Part shown: positions 7,816-16,508 of the stretch, in pieces | Numbering within the stretch: the first letter of the stretch is position 1 | Layout of the letters: each line of letters opens with the position of its first letter | IMG/VR virus record: IMGVR_UViG_3300013767_000179 | Span: 1-36,624 of that record | DNA length: 36,624 nt | Source: a virus | Lineage: Duplodnaviria > Caudoviricetes | Direction: 5' to 3' (one strand) | Program-made: the position numbers and the translations under genes | Notes under the pieces: generated by a model | Database searches by the model: none | Seen by the model: only the letters and a program-made list of their open reading frames with translations | Told to the model about the DNA's origin: nothing

Positions 7816-9081
7816 ATGACCACCACACAGTCCGAAATGGCGGCCGAATGGGTGCCCATCGAGGCCCTTTCGCCTTGGAAAGACAACCCGCGCGACAACA
7901 AGAGCGCCATCAACGAGGTCGCCGCCGCCATAAAACGGTTCGGGTTCGGCGCGCCGATTGTGGCGCGCCGGGCGGACGGCCAGATCATCGCCGGCCACAC
8001 GCGCCTCGCCGCCGCACGCAAGCTCGGCCTGACCAAGGTGCCGGTCCGGTTCATGGACCTCGACCCGGCGGACGCCCACCTGATGGCGCTCGCCGACAAC
8101 AAGCTCTCCGAGTTGGCGAGCTGGGACGACGAGCTGCTCGGGCAGCTCCTCGAGAAGCTGCGCGCCGAGGACGTCGACCTCGTCACCGGCACCGGCTTCA
8201 CGGACGCCGAGATCCGCAGGTTGCTCGATGACGATGGCGCGGATTCAAGCGGCGTCGACCCCGGCGCAACCGAGCCGCCCGAGCAGGCGGTCAGCCAGTC
8301 GGGCGAGCTGTACGAGCTCGGTCCGCACCGCATCTTGTGCGGCGATTCGACCCGTGCCGAGGATGTGGCGCGGCTGATGGCGGGCGAGCGCGCGCTCTTG
8401 TGCGCCACCGACCCGCCGTACCTGGTCGACTACGACGGCACCAATCACCCGCAGTCGTTCGAGCGCGAGCAGGCCGGCAAGAGCAACAACAAGAAGTGGG
8501 ACGCGTATCGTGATCCGAAATCGAGCGTGGAGTTCTTCTCCTCGTTTCTCGGCGTCGCGCTCGAGCACGCGCTCGTCGACAACCCGGCCATCTACCAGTG
8601 GCACGCCTCGCGACGGCAGGCGCTGGTGGAAGCGGCGTGGACCGAGAACCAGCTGCTGATCCACCAGCAGATCATCTGGGTGAAGTCGCGGCCGATCCTG
8701 ACGCGCAGCCACTTCATGTGGCAGCACGAACCGAGTTTCTACGGTTGGGTCGAAGGGCGCCCGCCCGAGCTCCGCCCGCCGCTGGGCGGCGAGTGCACCA
8801 CGGTGTGGGCGATCGATCAGAAGGGCGAGTCGGATGGGATCCATCCGACGCAGAAGCCCACCGAGATCTTCGAGCGCCCGATCTCGTACCACACGCGCAA
8901 GGGCGACTTGGCCTACGAGCCCTTCTCGGGATCGGGTTCGCAGATCATCGCCGCCGCCAAGCTTGGGCGCCGCTGCTACGCGATGGAGATCGAGCCGGCG
9001 TTCGTCGACGTCGCGAGGCGGCGCTGGGCGAGGTACGCCGAGTCGGCGGGCATCGACCCCGGCTCTGGCGCGCTTTCGTGA
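7816..9081 (+). CDS. ParB-N domain fused to N6-adenine/N4-cytosine DNA methyltransferase (beta class)
   Basis: NPRDN..IKRFGFGAPIV..IIAGHTRLAAA (ParB); HRILCGDST, TDPPY (motif IV), HPTQKP, EPFSGSGS (motif I). Confidence 0.92.
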   Translation: MTTTQSEMAAEWVPIEALSPWKDNPRDNKSAINEVAAAIKRFGFGAPIVARRADGQIIAGHTRLAAARKLGLTKVPVRFMDLDPADAHLMALADNKLSELASWDDELLGQLLEKLRAEDVDLVTGTGFTDAEIRRLLDDDGADSSGVDPGATEPPEQAVSQSGELYELGPHRILCGDSTRAEDVARLMAGERALLCATDPPYLVDYDGTNHPQSFEREQAGKSNNKKWDAYRDPKSSVEFFSSFLGVALEHALVDNPAIYQWHASRRQALVEAAWTENQLLIHQQIIWVKSRPILTRSHFMWQHEPSFYGWVEGRPPELRPPLGGECTTVWAIDQKGESDGIHPTQKPTEIFERPISYHTRKGDLAYEPFSGSGSQIIAAAKLGRRCYAMEIEPAFVDVARRRWARYAESAGIDPGSGALS

Positions 9082-9096
9082 CGAGGTAGGTGTCCA

Positions 9097-9783
9097 GTGA
9101 CAAACAAGGCGAGGACAACGCGCTCGGAGATCGAGCAGCGCCTGGTCGCGGTCGAAGATCTCCTGGTCGCCGGGATGCCGTCGACGCGCATCGAGCGCGA
9201 GCTCGCGCGCACCTACGGGATCTCGCGCCGCATGGTGCGGTACTACATCACCGAGATCTACCGTCGCTGGGGGACGGACTCGATCGCCGATCAGCCGCAC
9301 CGGCGCGACAAGCTGGTGCGCATGGCCGAGCGCCTGTACGCCAAGGCGTTGTCGAACGAGAAGTTCGGCGCCGCCACCTCCGCGCTCAACACGCTGGCCA
9401 AGCTCTCGGGCGGATTCGCGCAGCGGTACATCGACCCCGATCGGTACACCAAGCTTCTCGGCCCGCCGCCCACCGACCCGAACCAGTCGCTGATCTACGC
9501 GCAGAAGGTCCTCGTCCTGTCGATCACGGACATCGCCCAGGACGCCAGCATCGATCCTGAAAAACGCTGGCGGCTACTCGGCGACTTGGCCGCGAAGGTC
9601 GGCATGACCTTCAGCCGCACGCAGGTGCAGCACGAGCTCGAGACCGTGAAGCGGCGCCTGTTGCCGCCGGTCGAGCGAGCGCGCGGCCCGCGCGTCTTGA
9701 CCGGCGTCGCCAAGCCGACGACCGCTCGCCGCGGCGGCACCGACCACACCGGCGGCGACGACGACGGAGACGACGAGACCTGA
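9097..9783 (+). CDS. terS: Putative terminase small subunit
   Basis: N-terminal HTH (YGISRRMVRYYI), helical body, directly upstream of terL; GAGGTAGG RBS. Confidence 0.6.
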   Translation: MTNKARTTRSEIEQRLVAVEDLLVAGMPSTRIERELARTYGISRRMVRYYITEIYRRWGTDSIADQPHRRDKLVRMAERLYAKALSNEKFGAATSALNTLAKLSGGFAQRYIDPDRYTKLLGPPPTDPNQSLIYAQKVLVLSITDIAQDASIDPEKRWRLLGDLAAKVGMTFSRTQVQHELETVKRRLLPPVERARGPRVLTGVAKPTTARRGGTDHTGGDDDGDDET

Positions 9784-9784
9784 G

Positions 9785-11377
9785 ATGGCCTCACTCATCG
9801 ACCAACTGCAGGCGCTCGAGGCGGAGACCGCGGATGAAGGGCGCCACGTCGACCTCTGCCTCGTGCTCCAGCGCCAGCGGACCAAGGAGACGCTCCTCTG
9901 GGCAGGTGGGGTCTGGGATCGCATCGACCGGCGGTTCATCGAGCGCGAGCCCGAGTCGGGCCAGATCATCGAGCTGGTCGAGTCGCAGGTGCCGTTCACG
10001 AGATGGTTCGCCGGCTGGTTGAGGGACTATCGCGAGGGCCTGGCACGCGACATCTCGCTCGTGCTCAACGAGGGCGGCCGGCGCGGCGGAAAGAGCTTTG
10101 GCTCGCTCGCCTGCCAGATCGCCGCGCTCATCGACGTGCCCGAGTCGGCGGGCTCGCCGACCATCGGCTGGACCATTTCGGAGTCGTTCAAGAAGCGCGA
10201 TGAGCTCGAGCAGTGGATCGCCGAGCGCATCCCGAAAAAGTGGTACCGGCACTGGCGGGCGCCCGAGTTCCGGTACGAGTTCGTGCACGGCGCGATCTTG
10301 CGCAACCTCTCGGCGCAAGATCCGGAGGACATGCGGCAGGGCCGCGTCGACATCCTGCTCTACAACGAGCCGCAGCAGATGCAGTCGAAGGCAGTGGTCA
10401 ACGGCATGTTCGGCACCGCCGACCGCGGCGGCCTGACCATCCTCGCCGCCAACCCGCCCCGATTGCAGAGAGGCGAGTGGGTCCATACGCTCAGGGAGTC
10501 CATTCTCAACCACGACGTCGAGGGCGCGAAGTGTTTCACCTTCTACGCCAAGGACAATCCGGCGGTCGACCAGCCGGCGCGCGCGCGCGTCGGCAAGCTG
10601 GCCGCGATCATCGATCCGAAATCGGTGCAGGCCGACGACGAAGGCCTGTGGATGCCGGTCGGCGACCGCGCCTATCCGAAGTGGTCGAAGAAGCTGGTCG
10701 AGAAGCCGCCCGAGATCGGCGCGAAGGACGTCACCGCGCGTACGCTCGAGCGGCTCACCTTCGTGCCGTACGCGTTCGTCGCGGGCGCGGACTTCCAGGG
10801 CCGCCCGCATCAGGCCGGCGCGGTGTTGCGGATCTTCGCCGGTGACGACGGGCCGGTGTATTGGTTCGTCGATGAGCTGATCGTCGAGGGCACGGAGCTG
10901 CATCTCTCGGACGAGGCCTACGGCCACGGCTACACCCCGGAGACGCTGCTCTGGGTTCCGGACGCCTCGGGCAGCTTTCAGGACGCGAAGCACTCAGGCA
11001 ACACGACCTCCTACGATGTGCTCCGATCGCAGCGCTGGAACGTGCAGGCGCCGACGGAGATCAAGCGGCCCGATCGCTCACGCCACCCGAAGAACCCCGA
11101 CGTCGACCAGCGACTCGGGATCATGTATCGGCTCATGGAGGAAGGCCGGCTGAGAGTCGATCCGCGATGCAAGTGGCTCATCGAATCGTTTCGTGAATGC
11201 CCGCTCGGGAACAACCGCTTCGGCAAGCGCAAGCCCTACGGCAAACACTCGCACATCACCGACGCGGCAGGCTACGGCATCTATTTCCTCGAGCCCAAAC
11301 CGACAGACCCGATCGAGATCCGCGCAGCCGACATCAAGATCGTCCGCTTCAAGCGACCCGGCAGCGACTTCTATTAA
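9785..11377 (+). CDS. terL: Terminase large subunit
   Basis: Walker A GGRRGGKS, Walker B-like ILLYNE, motif C ILAANP, nuclease AGADF..PDASG..HITDAAGY. Confidence 0.88.
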   Translation: MASLIDQLQALEAETADEGRHVDLCLVLQRQRTKETLLWAGGVWDRIDRRFIEREPESGQIIELVESQVPFTRWFAGWLRDYREGLARDISLVLNEGGRRGGKSFGSLACQIAALIDVPESAGSPTIGWTISESFKKRDELEQWIAERIPKKWYRHWRAPEFRYEFVHGAILRNLSAQDPEDMRQGRVDILLYNEPQQMQSKAVVNGMFGTADRGGLTILAANPPRLQRGEWVHTLRESILNHDVEGAKCFTFYAKDNPAVDQPARARVGKLAAIIDPKSVQADDEGLWMPVGDRAYPKWSKKLVEKPPEIGAKDVTARTLERLTFVPYAFVAGADFQGRPHQAGAVLRIFAGDDGPVYWFVDELIVEGTELHLSDEAYGHGYTPETLLWVPDASGSFQDAKHSGNTTSYDVLRSQRWNVQAPTEIKRPDRSRHPKNPDVDQRLGIMYRLMEEGRLRVDPRCKWLIESFRECPLGNNRFGKRKPYGKHSHITDAAGYGIYFLEPKPTDPIEIRAADIKIVRFKRPGSDFY

Positions 11378-11392
11378 TGATGGGACCTCGGC

Positions 11393-12949
11393 ATGGCGCT
11401 CAGCTTCACGGATCGGCTGCGCCTTGCGACCGATCGGCTCCGCGTGCGCGCCCGCACGTTCAGCACCTGGATGCCAGCGCGGTTTCCCGGTGTCGGCCTG
11501 CCGGCGCCAGGCTATCCCGCGACCAATCCCCGCGCGCAGGCGCGGGTTTCGGGGCGTGATGCACTCGAGGGCAGGATCGCGGTCGGTGCCGGGCCGATGC
11601 TCGACCGCTACTCGACCTACGCGGCCACCGCGCTCGACCCGCTCAAGATCGAGTCGATCCTCCGGCAGGCCGATCTCGGGGTCGTCTACCGCTATGCAGA
11701 CATGTGCAAGCAGGTGCTCGAGCGCGACGCTCACCTGTTCGGGATTGATCGCGGCCGGCGCCAGGCGGTGGCGAACAAGCCGTTCCTGATCCAACCGAAG
11801 AACGACAGCCCGCTCGCGAAGGCGCTCTCGCACTTCATGCGCGAGGTGGTCGACGGGATCGACGGCTTCCCGGATGGCGTCTACCAGCTCCTCGGCGCGA
11901 GCTGCCCCGGTTACTCGTGCTCCGAGATCGTCTGGGCTCCGGGGCGCGTGCGCTTCCCCGGCATCGACGGCAGCACCGTCACGCTTCATGGATTGTTCCC
12001 GAAGACACTGCAGTGGGTCCACGGCAAGCACTTCCAGTTCAAGGCCGACAGTGATGAGCCGCTCCTCGATCTCGGGAACGAGGGCTGCATTCACCTGCCT
12101 CGGCACAAGTTCGTTTTCCACCGTGCCCCGGGTGACGGCATCGCGGCGACGCGCGGCTACATCCGCTCGGTGGTGTGGCTGCACTTCCTCAAGCACTGCA
12201 GCTTGCGCGACTTCGCGGTTTTCCTGCACCTGTACGGCATCCCGCAGCTCTACGGCAAAGTCGAGCGCGGCCTGTGGCAGGACCAGAACATGCGCGCCGT
12301 GCTCGAGGCGGCGCTCATCGCCTACGGCTCGAGCGACTCGGCGCCGATTCTTCCCGATGGCCTGTCGATCGAAGCGAAGGAGGGTCCCATTGGCTCGGGC
12401 GCAGGCGATGCGCACGCCAAGCTCGTCGGCTTGTGCAACTTCGAGCAGTCGAAAGCGGTGCAAGGCGAGACGCTGACCAGCGAACCGGGCACCTCGGGCA
12501 GCTACAACCTCGGGGTAGTTCACGCAGATTCCAAGCACGAAGTTACCGTCGGCGACGCGCTCGGGATGGCGGCGGACCTTCGCACTGATGTATTCCTCTC
12601 GGCGATCGAGCTCAACGCTTACGATCTCTCGCGCGCGCTCAACGCCGATCCGGAAGAGCTGGTGCACGCGCTACCACGAGGAGAGTTCAGGACCGACCGC
12701 GAGACCAGCCCGAAGGAGCGCGCCGAGATCCTGAAGATCTTCTCGGACGCCGGGTTCCCGATCTCGATGAGCCAGATGCGGCGCGAGTACGGCCTCGATA
12801 CGCCGACGGGCGCCGACGATGTGCTGCCGGGCAAGCCCGTGACCTTGAGCTCGGGCGGCGCGGTCGCGAGCACGAGCGACGCCGCCGCCGGCATCACAAA
12901 TCCGAAGCCTGCATCTCCGCCCTCAGGTGGCGAGCGAGGACCGAAATGA
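11393..12949 (+). CDS. Portal protein, Mu gp29/DUF935 family
   Basis: ERDAHL..RRQAV, GYSCSEIVW, YGIP, SKAVQGETLTS..SYNLGVVH motifs. Confidence 0.9.
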   Translation: MALSFTDRLRLATDRLRVRARTFSTWMPARFPGVGLPAPGYPATNPRAQARVSGRDALEGRIAVGAGPMLDRYSTYAATALDPLKIESILRQADLGVVYRYADMCKQVLERDAHLFGIDRGRRQAVANKPFLIQPKNDSPLAKALSHFMREVVDGIDGFPDGVYQLLGASCPGYSCSEIVWAPGRVRFPGIDGSTVTLHGLFPKTLQWVHGKHFQFKADSDEPLLDLGNEGCIHLPRHKFVFHRAPGDGIAATRGYIRSVVWLHFLKHCSLRDFAVFLHLYGIPQLYGKVERGLWQDQNMRAVLEAALIAYGSSDSAPILPDGLSIEAKEGPIGSGAGDAHAKLVGLCNFEQSKAVQGETLTSEPGTSGSYNLGVVHADSKHEVTVGDALGMAADLRTDVFLSAIELNAYDLSRALNADPEELVHALPRGEFRTDRETSPKERAEILKIFSDAGFPISMSQMRREYGLDTPTGADDVLPGKPVTLSSGGAVASTSDAAAGITNPKPASPPSGGERGPK

Positions 12950-13494
12950 ACGTCGTTCGCGAACTGATCAACTTCTTCCGGCAGCAGGCGGGCATCATCT
13001 TCGCCTCGCAGCCTGTCGATCCGCTGCTGCCGGCCGGCGTGGTCGCGTTCTGGCACAACTCGACCTCCGACACGTTTCGGCTGCAGAACGCGGCTGGTCG
13101 CATCGGCGATATCGCCATCGTCGCACCGGTGGCGGATGCCGACGCGAGCGCTGCGATCGCCGTCGAGCATCGCGTGGTCATCCCGGCAGGCCCGACCGGC
13201 AACCTCGACGTGCTGCTCTCCGCACGGGAGGAGATTATCGACGTCGTCGTGCACAAGACCGGCGCCGCCGGCGGCGGTGCCGGCACCATCCAGCTCGTCA
13301 ACTCCACCTCGGGCGCGCCCATCACGGACGCGATGAGCATCAACGTTCCGCCCGGCACGGTGGTGCGGCCGCTCGACGTCGACCCAGCGCAGAATACGAT
13401 CGCGGCTCGCGCAGCGCTGCGATTCGTGCGCACGCGGACGGCGTCGCTCGACGAGAGCTGCATCGCGTATGTCCGCACGCTCCGCCGCCCGTAA
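12946..13494 (+). CDS. Hypothetical virion-associated protein (beta-rich)
   Basis: ATGA overlap with portal; between portal and protease. Confidence 0.7.
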   Translation: MNVVRELINFFRQQAGIIFASQPVDPLLPAGVVAFWHNSTSDTFRLQNAAGRIGDIAIVAPVADADASAAIAVEHRVVIPAGPTGNLDVLLSAREEIIDVVVHKTGAAGGGAGTIQLVNSTSGAPITDAMSINVPPGTVVRPLDVDPAQNTIAARAALRFVRTRTASLDESCIAYVRTLRRP

Positions 13495-13506
13495 CAGGTC
13501 ACCACC

Positions 13507-15111
13507 ATGGCCGTGGCGTTCAAGATCGTCCAGCGTGACGACGGCTGGCACGTGGTCTCGGAAGATGAGAGCAAGAACCTGGGCGGCCCGTACGCGACGA
13601 AGGAGGAGGCAGTCGAACGGCTGCGCCAAGTCGAGGGCCACAAGGCCAATGCGGCGAGCACGTCGTCGGGCGCGTTGCATACGCCGACGCTGATCGGCGA
13701 ACGGGAAGCGTTCAGCGTGGAGGCGCCGCTTCGGCTCTCGAGCGAGGCGGCCGACTGCTGGGATCAGGTTGCTCGCTTCGGCAGGTTCGTGAAGGACGAC
13801 GGCGAGGGCCCGCAGCGCGTGGTGTTCAACCTCGAGCACCTCGGCGAGTTCCTCGACAACTTCTCGCGCCAGGTCAATCCGCTCTGGGCCGACACCAACC
13901 ACGATTTCGACGAGGCGAACGCGCTCTACGACGCGCTCTGCCTCGTCGTCGACGGCATGCCGCTCCGCACGGTCACGCGCTCCGCCGAGAACCAGACCGC
14001 CGTCGCTGCGCCAAGGCCCGAGCAGCTTCGCAACCCCGACACCGGCCGCGTCGAGGATGGCGTCTACGCGCACCGCTACGAGGTGACCGAGCTCGGGCAG
14101 AAGAAGCTGCCCAACGTCCGGTACGTGAGCCCGCTGTTTCTCACCAACGGCAAGGACGAAGAGGGCCACGACATCGGCTACGTGCTGCTCAACGTGGCCT
14201 GGACGAACGGACCCTTCCTCGACGGAATGACGCCGCTGCGAATGATTCGCCTGGCGGCGTCCCCTGCACACGCTGGAGGCCACATGAATCCCGAATCGAT
14301 GAAGCGCTACGGCGTCGACGACAAGGCGACGCCGGAGCAGATGCGCGCCGCGATGGCGAAGTACGCCGAGGAGGTCGACGCCGACAAGAAGAGCCGCGAC
14401 GAGGCGATGTCTCGTTATCGCCGGTTCGCCGATGCCGTCGGCGGCGAAGAGGAGTTCGGCAAGTTCGTCGAGAAGTTCATGAAGGACGAGGAATCGATGT
14501 CGCGCTTCCGAAAGTTCATGGAAGGGAAAGCCGACGACGCCGACGACAAAGACGACGAGAAGCGCGAGATGACGGCGATGGCGAAAGACCTCGGTGTCGC
14601 CGCCAGCATGTCGGCGATCCGTCAGAAAGTGACCGAGCTCAGGTTCACGACCGCGCCGAAGACCGAGATCGCGGACCTCAAGCAGAAGCTCGCCGGTCTC
14701 GAGGCCAAAGAAGTCGCGCGCACGGCCGCAGAGAAGGAAGCCGATGTGATCGCGTTTGCGCAGCGCTGGTCGCAGAAAGACTCGGCCGAATGCGCGTGGG
14801 ATCCCGACGACGAGAAGGGGTTGGCCGAGTTCTACCGGTCGGCGCCGAACATGGCCAAGCTGCACGTCGAGAAGAACAAGGGACGCTGGGCGGCGCTCAG
14901 GCGGTTCACGGCGGCGGGCGCGCCGATCGGCAAGCCCGAAGGCGAGCCGCTCAACCTCGCCGGCGACGATCCGGCCGCGATCGAAAAGCGCGTGGATGAG
15001 GCGGCGAAGAAGATCGCCGCCGACGAGAAGGTCCCGTACGCCGTCGCGATGACGCGCGTGAAAACGAAGCACCCCGAGTTGTACGCGGCCTACGCGGCGA
15101 TGCGCGGCTGA
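13507..15111 (+). CDS. Mu-like prohead protease (gpI) with C-terminal scaffold
   Basis: RYVSPLF..LLNVAWTNGPFLDGMTPL signature; charged helical C-terminal half. Confidence 0.85.
   Translation: MAVAFKIVQRDDGWHVVSEDESKNLGGPYATKEEAVERLRQVEGHKANAASTSSGALHTPTLIGEREAFSVEAPLRLSSEAADCWDQVARFGRFVKDDGEGPQRVVFNLEHLGEFLDNFSRQVNPLWADTNHDFDEANALYDALCLVVDGMPLRTVTRSAENQTAVAAPRPEQLRNPDTGRVEDGVYAHRYEVTELGQKKLPNVRYVSPLFLTNGKDEEGHDIGYVLLNVAWTNGPFLDGMTPLRMIRLAASPAHAGGHMNPESMKRYGVDDKATPEQMRAAMAKYAEEVDADKKSRDEAMSRYRRFADAVGGEEEFGKFVEKFMKDEESMSRFRKFMEGKADDADDKDDEKREMTAMAKDLGVAASMSAIRQKVTELRFTTAPKTEIADLKQKLAGLEAKEVARTAAEKEADVIAFAQRWSQKDSAECAWDPDDEKGLAEFYRSAPNMAKLHVEKNKGRWAALRRFTAAGAPIGKPEGEPLNLAGDDPAAIEKRVDEAAKKIAADEKVPYAVAMTRVKTKHPELYAAYAAMRG
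14284..15111 (+). CDS. Nested in-frame scaffolding protein (Mu gpZ-like)
   Basis: GGAGG at 14275-14279 then in-frame ATG at 14284 right after the protease domain. Confidence 0.7.
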   Translation: MNPESMKRYGVDDKATPEQMRAAMAKYAEEVDADKKSRDEAMSRYRRFADAVGGEEEFGKFVEKFMKDEESMSRFRKFMEGKADDADDKDDEKREMTAMAKDLGVAASMSAIRQKVTELRFTTAPKTEIADLKQKLAGLEAKEVARTAAEKEADVIAFAQRWSQKDSAECAWDPDDEKGLAEFYRSAPNMAKLHVEKNKGRWAALRRFTAAGAPIGKPEGEPLNLAGDDPAAIEKRVDEAAKKIAADEKVPYAVAMTRVKTKHPELYAAYAAMRG

Positions 15112-15534
15112 TCAGCCGACCGCGTGCCACTTCGCCTGCGCGAGTTTCCCGGTCATGCGCGCCTTCTTGGTGTCGCGCAATTTCTGGAGCGCATAGCGAA
15201 CAGACTCGGTTCCGGCTCCGATGGCCTTGACGATCTCGGAGACCGAAGCACCCTTCTTCGCCGGAGCCGACTTGAGATGCGCTTCGACGCGTGACTGCAG
15301 CTCCGCAACTCCGTTCGCCGGCTTCGTGGTTGGCTTCTTCGCCGGCTTCGTCGCGCTCCTGGTCGCCGGCCGCTTCGCTGCCAACGGATGACCATTCCCG
15401 GAGGAGTGGCCGTTCGAGCGCTGAACGTACCTCTCGAGCGGTCCAGAGATGATCTCGGCCATCTCGGCAGTGGCGCGCAGCCTTGGAAGCAGCTCTTCGA
15501 TCTCTTTCAGTGAAAGCGGTTTCGGATTCGACAT
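15112..15534 (-). CDS. Accessory DNA-binding protein (helical N-terminus, KPA-rich linker, C-terminal winged HTH)
   Basis: ASVSEIVKAIGAGTESVRYALQKLRDTKKARMTG; fills the gap exactly, convergent with the protease. Confidence 0.7.
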   Translation of the reverse strand: MSNPKPLSLKEIEELLPRLRATAEMAEIISGPLERYVQRSNGHSSGNGHPLAAKRPATRSATKPAKKPTTKPANGVAELQSRVEAHLKSAPAKKGASVSEIVKAIGAGTESVRYALQKLRDTKKARMTGKLAQAKWHAVG

Positions 15535-15541
15535 GGCGACC

Positions 15542-15570
15542 GCTGTAGCGCGTTTCATTCCTGAAATCAA
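15542..15570 (-). promoter_or_regulatory. Candidate sigma-70 promoter, leaderless
   Basis: TTGATT-N17-TACAGC-N7-ATG on minus strand. Confidence 0.45.
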
Positions 15571-15592
15571 ACCGTCTCGATAGGAGATCCGA

Positions 15593-16420
15593 ATGGGACT
15601 CGCACGCGCAATCGCACGCCTCTTCAATCTCGGCTACTACGATCAGAGCGGCGGCTTTCAGGAGGGCCAGGTCGCGGTCTTCGGATCAGCAGCCTTTCAG
15701 GTGGCGCTGCCGTCGTGGCAGGCGGCGCAGCTCCAGCCCGCCGCCGGCATCAATCGCACCGCCGGCGTCATGGGCGGTGGCGGCACCACGCAGGGCGAGG
15801 AGATTTCGATTCAGAAGCTCGGCTACGCCAAGCTCCTGGCGTCCCCGAACGTGGCGACGCAGCTCGGCGGCCAGGTGATCGCGGATGGGCCGCCGAACCT
15901 CGGCAACGTCCGGCAGCGCGTGCCGTGGAGCTCGTCGGCGCAAGTGCTCGGCCACTTCGAGGAAGCGCGCCAGGTCGGCAACGCACCCGAGCACGTCGAG
16001 GGCGAGGTGCGGCCGGCCTGGCTCGAGATCGTCCGCGCGGTGACCGGCGGCGAGCCTGGCTCGGTGCCGCTCGGCAACAACGTCACGCGCTACCTCGGAC
16101 CGCCCGGCTCGGCGCTCAGCCAGTCGCCGGTCGCGCTCTATCGCGCGCGCTTCGACGGCGAGGTAGTGCGCAGCCTTGGCGCCACGCTGCAGTTGCAGCC
16201 CTCGCAGAACGAGACCGTCACGGTCACCGTCGTGAAGTCGAGCGACGGAGGCACGACTTGGATCGACCTCGCCGTCTCGTGCCAGTTCGCCGGACCGGTG
16301 AGCGCCGCCGATGACCTCGTCCGCTGGGTGGTGCTCGCGCGCGGCGATCTCGTCGCGCTCAAGGTGGTCTCGTACTCGGCGACGGCCGCGGGGCTCATCG
16401 CCAGCCTCGACGTGACGTAA
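15593..16420 (+). CDS. Putative capsid decoration/cement protein
   Basis: Directly upstream of major capsid; TAGGAG RBS; GV..TTQGEEISIQKLG resembles DUF2190-like cement proteins; extra C-terminal beta domain. Confidence 0.6.
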   Translation: MGLARAIARLFNLGYYDQSGGFQEGQVAVFGSAAFQVALPSWQAAQLQPAAGINRTAGVMGGGGTTQGEEISIQKLGYAKLLASPNVATQLGGQVIADGPPNLGNVRQRVPWSSSAQVLGHFEEARQVGNAPEHVEGEVRPAWLEIVRAVTGGEPGSVPLGNNVTRYLGPPGSALSQSPVALYRARFDGEVVRSLGATLQLQPSQNETVTVTVVKSSDGGTTWIDLAVSCQFAGPVSAADDLVRWVVLARGDLVALKVVSYSATAAGLIASLDVT

Positions 16421-16448
16421 CAGCAACTCGCTTCCGCAACCTCTTTCG

Positions 16449-16498
16449 TGCCGCGTCGCGAGCGGCCGAGCTTCGGCTCGGCCGTTGGCGAGGCGGCA
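16449..16498 (+). promoter_or_regulatory. Long stem-loop with cUUCGg tetraloop before capsid RBS
   Basis: CGGCCGAGC-TTCG-GCTCGGCCG core extended by TGCCGC/GCGGCA. Confidence 0.7.
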
Positions 16499-16508
16499 GG
16501 AGCCGCCC

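Noticed and set aside
11078-15072. Long minus-strand ORFs (529 aa and 817 aa), and similar ones at 1936-3279, 9791-10993, 23976-25445, 25073-26296
   Set aside because: Antisense shadows of well-supported + strand genes; expected in high-GC DNA, no motifs
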